From IMG/VR virus record IMGVR_UViG_3300048573_000087, positions 1 through 50,933 of that record: a stretch of 50,933 nucleotides of DNA; one strand, 5' to 3'. The translations under genes were made by a program, and so were the position numbers. Below the pieces are notes generated by a model. It was not told the origin of the DNA. It ran no database searches and was given only the letters and a program-made list of their open reading frames with translations. Each line of letters opens with the position of its first letter. The stretch's first letter is position 1. Below, in pieces: positions 17,621 to 25,066 of the stretch. The stretch is from a virus (lineage: Duplodnaviria; Caudoviricetes).

Positions 17621-17824
17621 ATGAACGATAAACTGTGGTACGTACAAGATCAACTAACACTGATTCGTCGGGCTCTGGAGCGCGGGCAGTATCGGGCTAA
17701 ACAGGGATGTGTCGCTAGCGAATTACTTGAGGTTTTTACTTACACTCTAGCTGAGTTGGATAGGGCGCATCTTGCCTTACTTGAAGAAATAAAGGGGAAT
17801 TATATAGATGACTCCCTTGCGTAA
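17621..17824 (+). CDS. hypothetical protein
   Basis: Short helical ORF packed between neighbours; start uncertain. Confidence 0.45.
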   Translation: MNDKLWYVQDQLTLIRRALERGQYRAKQGCVASELLEVFTYTLAELDRAHLALLEEIKGNYIDDSLA

Positions 17825-18509
17825 AGAAATTATTGGCAACGCCACCCTCTATCTCGGCGATTGTCTTGAGATACTGCCTACCTTGGGAAAGGTGGATGCG
17901 GTGATTACTGATCCGCCGTATCTAATAAGTTTTTCCACTGGTGGTAAATCAGATACAGAGCAAGGGAAAAAATGGAGCGGAATTTTGAAGCCATGTGATG
18001 TGTCTGTAGGAATACATCAAACGGATATTTCCAAATGGTTGTCTATCATCTCCTACGACGTGGAGCTATACATTTTCTGCAACGACAAAAATGTTTTTAA
18101 AGTCCTACAAGAAGCCGATAAATGTGGGCTGAGAACGCACAATATTCTTGTATGGAAAAAGCAAAACGCCACCCCAAACCGCTGGTACATGAAAAATTGT
18201 GAGTTTGTAGCTTACTTTTGGAGAGGTAGGGCCAAAGCTATAAAGAACATGGGGTCTAAACAGTGCATCGAAGTTCAAGGCGTCGAAAATAGGCAGCATC
18301 CCACGGAAAAACCAATAGAGCTTATGGAGCATTTTGTTAAAAATGCTGGGGAGGAAATACTCGACCCCTTCATGGGTTCTGGCACCACCGGAGTCGCTTG
18401 TATGAATCTAGGCCGTAAGTTCATCGGCATCGAGATCGAGCCTAAGTATTTCGAGATAGCTTGCGAGCGCATTGATAACGCCCAGAAGCAGGGGAGGTTG
18501 TTCGTATGA
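17808..18509 (+). CDS. N6-adenine/N4-cytosine DNA methyltransferase (beta class)
   Basis: ITDPPY, HPTEKP, LDPFMGSGTT. Confidence 0.92.
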   Translation: MTPLRKEIIGNATLYLGDCLEILPTLGKVDAVITDPPYLISFSTGGKSDTEQGKKWSGILKPCDVSVGIHQTDISKWLSIISYDVELYIFCNDKNVFKVLQEADKCGLRTHNILVWKKQNATPNRWYMKNCEFVAYFWRGRAKAIKNMGSKQCIEVQGVENRQHPTEKPIELMEHFVKNAGEEILDPFMGSGTTGVACMNLGRKFIGIEIEPKYFEIACERIDNAQKQGRLFV

Positions 18510-18557
18510 GTGCCAAGGAAGTTAAGGATATAAATCCCAAATAAAGCACGAGCTAAG

Positions 18558-18827
18558 ATGAACGGCGATCTAATCAACGGATTATTTGAGTTGTTTGGTG
18601 GAGTGCTGCTGTGGAAGAATGTTCGGCAGCTTCATAAAGACAAAGAGATTAAGGGAGTACATTGGGCTCCCGTTATGTTCTTCGCGGCGTGGGGGTATTG
18701 GAATCTGTATTACTACCCCTCGCTTAATCAATGGTTCAGCTTTATGGCTGGTATCAATATAGTAACAGCCAATACGGTTTGGGTAATTCAAATGATGTAT
18801 TACTTGAGGAAAAATAAAAATGAGTAG
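18558..18827 (+). CDS. small 3-TM membrane protein (PQ-loop/SemiSWEET-like)
   Basis: Three hydrophobic segments with KDKEIKGVHW between TM1 and TM2. Confidence 0.65.
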   Translation: MNGDLINGLFELFGGVLLWKNVRQLHKDKEIKGVHWAPVMFFAAWGYWNLYYYPSLNQWFSFMAGINIVTANTVWVIQMMYYLRKNKNE

Positions 18828-18857
18828 TTTAATTGGCGAAACATCGGGGTACTCACA

Positions 18858-19565
18858 TTGAATAATGACGCCGGACGTATGCTAGTTGATAAACTAGCGA
18901 AAAACGTTAATAGCGAAAATTCTGTATTCGACGGGGACAAAACACGCAGTTGTTTCAAGGACCATACGGAGGCATATATTGAGACTGCTACGGGCGGTAA
19001 ATTTCACTTCATGGCACCGACTGAGGATGAAGTCAGTATTCTTGATATCGCTCATGCCCTTAGTAATCAGTGTCGGTACACTGGCCATTGTGCTCGGTTT
19101 TATAGTGTTGCTGAACATTCTGTACTGGTGGCGAGTTTGGTTCCTCCCGAGTGGCGTATAGCGGCCTTGCTGCACGATGCCAGCGAAGCCTATCTTACGG
19201 ACGTAGCGGCACCTGTTAAGCCGTTCCTAAGCAGCTACAAAGACATTGAGCTAGGTATTATGAAGGTCATTGCCAAGAAGTTTAAGTTCCTGTGGCCTCC
19301 GGTAAAGGAAATTAAACACGCCGATCTAGTGGCGTTACTGGTTGAGGCACGGCAGCTTATGCCGTCTGGTGGAGAGCATTGGCGGGAGAACTCTATGATT
19401 GAGCGGGATGCTTTGCCGAAGATTCAGATTGCCTGTATGCCTCCTACCGCAGCTAGACTAGTATTCCTTAGGGTGTTTGAGGAACTTACAGGAGAACAGG
19501 TGCTGCCGCGTGTGGCTACTCCTACTAAACAGGAATCTAAGATCATTATGAGTGCAACCAAATGA
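18858..19565 (+). CDS. HD-domain nucleotide phosphohydrolase (YfdR/YfbR-like)
   Basis: DIAHALS..CRYTGH, YSVAEHS, ALLHDASEAY, KHADL; start uncertain. Confidence 0.88.
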   Translation: MNNDAGRMLVDKLAKNVNSENSVFDGDKTRSCFKDHTEAYIETATGGKFHFMAPTEDEVSILDIAHALSNQCRYTGHCARFYSVAEHSVLVASLVPPEWRIAALLHDASEAYLTDVAAPVKPFLSSYKDIELGIMKVIAKKFKFLWPPVKEIKHADLVALLVEARQLMPSGGEHWRENSMIERDALPKIQIACMPPTAARLVFLRVFEELTGEQVLPRVATPTKQESKIIMSATK

Positions 19566-19638
19566 CACCCTATATTCTCTATATCATTGGTAGTGCTTGC
19601 TTTTTAGTTGGAAGTATAATTGCTCTGTGGAGTCTATA

Positions 19639-20097
19639 ATGACAGAACCTACCGGAAGAAAGAATGATACTGGAAAGGCCCGTATTGGGTTGATCTCTGA
19701 TTTCGCCTTATGGCAAGAGGCGCGTGTAATGACTTTTGGAGCACAAAAATATGCTGCACATAATTGGCGCGGAGGTATTAGTTGGAGTAGGCTTATTGAC
19801 GCTTGCCTACGTCACATCCATGCTTTTAATTCCGGGGAGGACATGGACCCGGAAACAGGATTATCCCATCTTGCTCATGCACGCTGCTGCTTGGGATTCC
19901 TGCTTGAATACACTCAGACACACAAGGAACTCGATGACCGATTCAACCTTATCGAAGCCGTCAATGACCAAAGACTTAGGGAAACCATTGCTGATTCGGA
20001 AGAAAAACCCAAAGAAACGATTACTACTCAAGAGCCACTTCGAGAAGATGACGCTGGAGGACCTACGACGGAAGGGAGTAAAGAACCCTCGGTATGA
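19639..20097 (+). CDS. dATP/dGTP diphosphohydrolase (DUF5664-like)
   Basis: GRKNDTGK, MTFGAQKY..HNW, DPETGLSHLAHA, DDR. Confidence 0.85.
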   Translation: MTEPTGRKNDTGKARIGLISDFALWQEARVMTFGAQKYAAHNWRGGISWSRLIDACLRHIHAFNSGEDMDPETGLSHLAHARCCLGFLLEYTQTHKELDDRFNLIEAVNDQRLRETIADSEEKPKETITTQEPLREDDAGGPTTEGSKEPSV

Positions 20098-20515
20098 AGA
20101 ACTCGGTATACCGTACACAGTGGAAGCTGTCTATAATCCTGATTGGATTCTACCAAACGGAATCATTGTGGAAACCAAAGGGAACTTTGATGCTGACTCC
20201 CGGTCTAAACATCTACGAATACAAGCACAATGGCCGTGGCTGGATATTAGATTAGTATTCCAGCGAGACAATAGGCTCTATAAGAAATCAGAAACGTATT
20301 ACAGCGAATGGTGCAAAAAACATGGGCTCAAATATGCAGTTGGAAAGGTGCCAACATCATGGCTAAAGGAAAAGAAGAAGGAACCGGGATATATGGCTGC
20401 TATCGGTGCGGAGCCGTGGGTGGAGAAATCCGCGGAATTACCAATGATAATGGTCCCTTACGAGTCGGTTGTGGGGAGTGCGGAGAAGAAAACACCATCG
20501 TTACATTCCAAGTAG
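19964..20515 (+). CDS. T7 endonuclease I-like Holliday junction resolvase
   Basis: KSHFE, YE...IPY, YNPDW.LPNGIIVETKG, DIRLVF; start uncertain. Confidence 0.85.
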   Translation: MTKDLGKPLLIRKKNPKKRLLLKSHFEKMTLEDLRRKGVKNPRYEELGIPYTVEAVYNPDWILPNGIIVETKGNFDADSRSKHLRIQAQWPWLDIRLVFQRDNRLYKKSETYYSEWCKKHGLKYAVGKVPTSWLKEKKKEPGYMAAIGAEPWVEKSAELPMIMVPYESVVGSAEKKTPSLHSK

Positions 20516-20631
20516 CATTGGATTTACTTAATGAAAATCATTTCCATGACCGACTTCGCGGCGGCCTGTGTTACGAAAAGTCCGTGGATGATCTTGACGA
20601 ATTCCTTGGAGAATTAAAAGATGGCGAATAA
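20359..20631 (+). CDS. small zinc-ribbon protein
   Basis: CYRC...CGEC; overlaps the 3' end of the endonuclease gene. Confidence 0.55.
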   Translation: MAKGKEEGTGIYGCYRCGAVGGEIRGITNDNGPLRVGCGECGEENTIVTFQVALDLLNENHFHDRLRGGLCYEKSVDDLDEFLGELKDGE

Positions 20632-21361
20632 GCCACGTATCCTTATATGGGACATTGAGACATTTCCGAACCTAGTAATGTCGTGGGGGCTGTGGGTAAA
20701 TGGTGCCCTGAACCACGATAGCGTCGTGCAGGAGCGCAGTATCATTTGTGGTAGCTGGAAGTGGTTAGGTGAAAAGAAAGTACACTCCGTTGCTATTGAT
20801 GTTAAAAATCCAACTGATGACGCCGAGGTTGTTGGTGTTCTTCACGGTATAGTTTCTAGTGCGGATGCTGTAGTTCATCATCATGGGGACAGCTTCGATT
20901 TGCCGTGGTTAAAGGCAAGATCGGTATTCTACGATCTTCCTCCCATACCGCCATTGATTCAGATTGACACAAGGAAACTTGCCAAGAAAGCCTTTTACTT
21001 CAACTCGAACAAGTTGGACTACTTGGCTAAATTCCTTGGTTTCGGACGTAAGCTAAAGACAGACTTTGATCTGTGGAAGAAGTGCCTAGCGGGGGATCAA
21101 AGTGCGCTGGATAAGATGGTACGGTACAATAAGCGAGACGTGCTGCTTCTTGAGAAGATATATAAGCGGTTAGTACCGCACATTCCAGCACCGTTGAATC
21201 GTGTGTTGTTTGTAGACAGGGAGGTATGTCAGAACTGCGGTAGTAGCCATGTGCAGTACCGTGGGTTTTATTACACACCCACCAGTAAATTTCGTAGGTA
21301 TCAGTGCATGGCAAAGGGTTGTGGTACGTGGAGTCGGTCTACTAAGAAGGAGAAAAGATGA
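20621..21361 (+). CDS. DEDD (RNase H-like) 3'-5' exonuclease with C-terminal Zn ribbon
   Basis: WDIET, HHGDSFDLP, DT, YNKRDV; CQNC...CMAKGC. Confidence 0.85.
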   Translation: MANKPRILIWDIETFPNLVMSWGLWVNGALNHDSVVQERSIICGSWKWLGEKKVHSVAIDVKNPTDDAEVVGVLHGIVSSADAVVHHHGDSFDLPWLKARSVFYDLPPIPPLIQIDTRKLAKKAFYFNSNKLDYLAKFLGFGRKLKTDFDLWKKCLAGDQSALDKMVRYNKRDVLLLEKIYKRLVPHIPAPLNRVLFVDREVCQNCGSSHVQYRGFYYTPTSKFRRYQCMAKGCGTWSRSTKKEKR

Positions 21362-21579
21362 GCGCAAAAATCATCTCATTAGAGGAACGTAAATTTGTCC
21401 GTAGATTCGTGGACATATATACCAAAGAAGGGGAGACAGCAGCAGGTAAATACGCGCACGATCAGGGTCTAGGGGATAATGACAAGGATATGGTGCGGTA
21501 TCGCGCTGAGATAAAGAAAGAGTTTCTTAGGCGCGGATATACATTTCCAAAACCACAACATCAACCGGAGGTAGGATAA
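21358..21579 (+). CDS. hypothetical protein
   Basis: AAGGAG RBS; ATGA overlap. Confidence 0.65.
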   Translation: MSAKIISLEERKFVRRFVDIYTKEGETAAGKYAHDQGLGDNDKDMVRYRAEIKKEFLRRGYTFPKPQHQPEVG

Positions 21580-21580
21580 A

Positions 21581-21967
21581 ATGAAGTTGGCTATTGTTGG
21601 TAGTCGTAGTATTACGGACAAGAATGTTGTGCTTGAACAGGTAAACTTGGCTATGGAGAAGTACGGTGGGGTAGATGATGCTATTGTAATACTTAGCGGC
21701 GGTGCTAAGGGCGTGGATACTGTGGCCCGCGAAGTAGCATATGATATGGGTTGTGATTTCGTTCTGTTCAAACCGTACCACATGCTTGATTCAACTGTAG
21801 AATACACCCCCAAGTATTTCTTCACTCGTAACAAGCAGATTGCAGACAATGCCGATGTTGTAGTGATTGTGTGGGATGGTAAGTCCAACGGCACTCGCCA
21901 CATGGTGGATTATTGCAAGAAACACAAAAAACCCTTTATTTTATACGATGGCTCGGCTACGGAGTAG
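21581..21967 (+). CDS. SLOG-family (DUF2493/YpsA-like) protein
   Basis: AIVGSR, ILSGGAKGVD, RNKQI, WDGKSNGT. Confidence 0.85.
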   Translation: MKLAIVGSRSITDKNVVLEQVNLAMEKYGGVDDAIVILSGGAKGVDTVAREVAYDMGCDFVLFKPYHMLDSTVEYTPKYFFTRNKQIADNADVVVIVWDGKSNGTRHMVDYCKKHKKPFILYDGSATE

Positions 21968-22397
21968 AATACGGGCTTACTCTATAGCCTCAGTGAGCCC
22001 TAGCTTGCTGACGGCTGTAGAGAAGCTGCACACCGAGTGCTTCGGCCAAGCCGACTATTACGCCACGATAGGTAAGATTAAGCATGAGTTATCTTTGAGC
22101 CTATTGTGCCGACTGTTTGTGGCCACGTACAACGGGGATATAGTTGGGTATTTGCTTGTGGGTGTGCTGCCACAATTTAACCAACTTAGAGGGGAGCGAT
22201 TGGGTGTGTCGCGGAAGTGGCGTCGGCGCGGTCTTGGCCGTACCCTATTAATGCGGGCGCTTGAGTATACTCATGCGGAGGACATGCAATACAGCACGTA
22301 TATCTCTGTAGAGAATACCGCCAGTATCAGACTTCATTTGAATTGCGGTTTGCAGATAACAAAAAGTGATAAGGCGTTTCTATACTTACGAGATTAA
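21948..22397 (+). CDS. GNAT-family acetyltransferase
   Basis: IVGY, LGVSRKWRRRGLG acetyl-CoA motif, ENTASIRL. Confidence 0.8.
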   Translation: MARLRSRIRAYSIASVSPSLLTAVEKLHTECFGQADYYATIGKIKHELSLSLLCRLFVATYNGDIVGYLLVGVLPQFNQLRGERLGVSRKWRRRGLGRTLLMRALEYTHAEDMQYSTYISVENTASIRLHLNCGLQITKSDKAFLYLRD

Positions 22398-22403
22398 TCT
22401 AAC

Positions 22404-22419
22404 GTAGTCTACAGACTAC
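22404..22419. repeat. 16-bp palindrome copy (AC centre), last of the plus arm
   Basis: GTAGTCTACAGACTAC. Confidence 0.95.
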
Positions 22420-22432
22420 ACCTAGGAGACTT

Positions 22433-22636
22433 ATGACAATAGCAGTAACAGTGAATGTTCCGGGCGGGGTTGAGTGTGTTGTTACCGAGGTATGGCCAGA
22501 TGATATTGAAGTTGGTCGTTGTACAGAGCACACAGTAGGTGGTGGATGTCAGCAGACATTTCACGCTTGGGGAGATAAGCAACTATTAATACGTGAGATT
22601 CTTACCCCTGTTCCCAAGATGCAAGAAGCCGCGTAG
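22433..22636 (+). CDS. hypothetical protein
   Basis: AGGAG RBS; overlaps the 3' end of the convergent lysozyme gene. Confidence 0.6.
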   Translation: MTIAVTVNVPGGVECVVTEVWPDDIEVGRCTEHTVGGGCQQTFHAWGDKQLLIREILTPVPKMQEAA

Positions 22637-23054
22637 CACGTTTCCCAACCTGTTTAGCCCACAGGGAGGCTGTAAGTCCTGAAAGGACATCCTCAGTACG
22701 GCCAGCCTTCATTGCGGCGAGGGTGTTTTTGAATGTAAGCAGCTTTCCTGTTGGGTCCTCTGTTGACGGGCCTACACCCAAATTGTAGGCCATATTAGCC
22801 AGAACCTCTTGCCTGCCATCGCTCAGGGACCGCCACCACGGCAGGTACTTGTCGAGTAACATAGTGGTCCTATCAATATCATTCTCCAGCATCAAATCCA
22901 TTTCCCCCTCGCTTAAATCCCTGTCCGACATATTCCTTCCATAACCCACAGTTATCTTTCCTTTGGGCGTAATAGGTACACCTGTATCATCATAGATACG
23001 TGGCCTACGACCCTCATCAACCTTTAGTTGTGCCTTGAGTCGTTGCTTATTCAT
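22602..23054 (-). CDS. T4-type lysozyme (GH24) endolysin
   Basis: DEG..., TVGYGRN, NMAYNLG, SLWAKQVGKRA. Confidence 0.9.
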   Translation of the reverse strand: MNKQRLKAQLKVDEGRRPRIYDDTGVPITPKGKITVGYGRNMSDRDLSEGEMDLMLENDIDRTTMLLDKYLPWWRSLSDGRQEVLANMAYNLGVGPSTEDPTGKLLTFKNTLAAMKAGRTEDVLSGLTASLWAKQVGKRATRLLASWEQG

Positions 23055-25066
23055 TTACGTGGACCAACTCCTGATATATCTTCCTCTGTAGCACCTGCAC
23101 TTCTAGCTACTGCCTCCAATTCCTTCTGCCTCTTTTGTAGTGCGGCAATCTGCACGTTTATGTCAGCGTTCTCTCCTTCGGACAGAATCTCTGTTGCTGG
23201 TTGCGGCATCACGGATTCCTTAGGGGTAGCGCCTCTCCACGAATCAATCCTGCCGGATTCGACTTGCTTGTTCCTACTTTTACCAGCCTTAGTCTGCTCA
23301 ACAGTGATCGCATGTAGATCGCTAAGTAGCCCTTTCAAATACTCATCAGGTGTCTTTCCGCCAAGGGCTCTCTCGAACTCAGGAGAAGTCTCATAGGTAC
23401 GAAGTACCTTAGCAACAGCATTCAGTGTCTTTATCGAATTGAGAATCTCTGGAGACGTAATCATAGCGGCCTGCTTTATATCAGTCGGGCCACTAAGAAG
23501 GTCGTTATACGAGCCAGTTGTAACTAACGGATTAAAGATGAACTCACCCGCTTTGTAGGTAAGGATATCCTGTAGCGGAAGTTCTCCAGCGAAGGACAGA
23601 TTCTTTGCCTCGGACATAATAGCCGGTAATGACATCTTCACCTTAGCCACTTCATTAGCTAAGCCAAACACAAGCTGCTTGCGTTGCTCTGGTGTGGTGT
23701 TAATAGCCACACGCGGGTCGCCCATTACATAGATAGACTGCCTGTCGCCCGAGGCGACGCTCTTGTTCAGAATATCAATGCCCTTTTGCTTACTCTCCGG
23801 GGTAGTGTCGGGATTGCTGTCTAGAGCAGCCGAGGCTGCTCCAAGTACCGTGCTGTTATAGGCACCGGGAGAAACCTTACGATCAGGAAGAATACCATTG
23901 GTAACATTACGTAGACCCTCAATTAAACTAGGCAACTGCTGCTGGAAGTCGCCAACCAGTGCAGCACCCGGGTCATTCTTATACCAGTTCTTGAGTTGCT
24001 CGGGATTCATGTTTTGCATACGTTGCATCGTATCTACCACAAACTTAGCACCAGTGCCGGGGGCTGCGCGTTCAGCTAACGCCAGCATTGGGAATGCTTT
24101 GGCGCCAGCAACATCGAGATAGGCCATCATACCATCACGATTGGTTTTCATAATAGTCGAGAAGGATTGGGATGTTACCATTGTCTCGATGTTCTTGAAA
24201 TACTCATTGATGTTATTGGTAGTAGTGCTGATAACACTCGGGTCTACCATTTTATCCTGTAGGCGAGATTGCGCCGCAGATAGGGCGCGTTGTTTTGCCA
24301 ACCCGATCTCATTCATAAGTTCTTCTGGTTTCATAATAGACCCATCATTGGTGATACGGGCTTGCATCTTTCCTAAGATACCAAGAGTTTCATTGTGTGC
24401 AATACCAGAGGCATAGTTGTATGTTTGAGCAGCGGCTACGCGGCCTTGTGCAAATCCATTCTCTATGCGCTTGTTCTCTAACTCAATTTGAGATGTTTGA
24501 TTAAGTCGATTTAGCACAATGTTGCGGTGCTCATCTGTAACTACCGGCCCGCTAGGAGTTACATTTGCTAAGCCATTGTTAATGGCCAAATTATCCAAGT
24601 GGCTTTGCAGCGCCGCCTGTTGTTTCTCTCCCGCAGTTTTATCAAGCAAACCAGTACCCGGACCAAAATCACCAAAGAACGCAGCGGCTTGGCTACGGAA
24701 CTCTGATGCCTTACCGGGCAGACGAGCAGACGCAGACTGAACCGCCTTGGCGGCAAGTATCTTTGCTCCACTGTCCGTGAGTAATCCCTGTTGCCGCATC
24801 TTGGCTATCTTGCTTAGGCTAAGTTCCTTATCAACGTCTGGAGAAACACCCGCCATACCCGATTTGAGCGTTGGGTCATTTGCTGGTCCCGGCTCGGTAG
24901 TCCCGCCCTCCAAATCAGATGCCACCTTGGCTGTATAGCCCTCCAGCGCCAAGTTAGCTGCGGTCTTAACCAAGTCGGTCGGGTCCGTGGCTATAGGACG
25001 GCTAAAGTTCCGATCAGGGAATTGAACAGTACCTACATCTTTAGTAAACGTCTTGTCGCCAGCCAT
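23051..25066 (-). CDS. putative internal virion (ejection) protein
   Basis: 671 aa, helical; position at the end of the structural operon. Confidence 0.65.
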   Translation of the reverse strand: MAGDKTFTKDVGTVQFPDRNFSRPIATDPTDLVKTAANLALEGYTAKVASDLEGGTTEPGPANDPTLKSGMAGVSPDVDKELSLSKIAKMRQQGLLTDSGAKILAAKAVQSASARLPGKASEFRSQAAAFFGDFGPGTGLLDKTAGEKQQAALQSHLDNLAINNGLANVTPSGPVVTDEHRNIVLNRLNQTSQIELENKRIENGFAQGRVAAAQTYNYASGIAHNETLGILGKMQARITNDGSIMKPEELMNEIGLAKQRALSAAQSRLQDKMVDPSVISTTTNNINEYFKNIETMVTSQSFSTIMKTNRDGMMAYLDVAGAKAFPMLALAERAAPGTGAKFVVDTMQRMQNMNPEQLKNWYKNDPGAALVGDFQQQLPSLIEGLRNVTNGILPDRKVSPGAYNSTVLGAASAALDSNPDTTPESKQKGIDILNKSVASGDRQSIYVMGDPRVAINTTPEQRKQLVFGLANEVAKVKMSLPAIMSEAKNLSFAGELPLQDILTYKAGEFIFNPLVTTGSYNDLLSGPTDIKQAAMITSPEILNSIKTLNAVAKVLRTYETSPEFERALGGKTPDEYLKGLLSDLHAITVEQTKAGKSRNKQVESGRIDSWRGATPKESVMPQPATEILSEGENADINVQIAALQKRQKELEAVARSAGATEEDISGVGPRK

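Noticed and set aside
18858-20097. Z-base (2-aminoadenine) or 7-deazaguanine DNA system
   Set aside because: HD and DUF5664 genes are present, but no PurZ, FolE/QueC/QueD/QueE or DpdA-like ORF is recognisable.
467-22419. 16-bp palindromes as a CRISPR array or transposon ends
   Set aside because: Spacing is irregular (0.2-5.8 kb) with whole genes in between; no cas or transposase gene; no target-site duplications seen.
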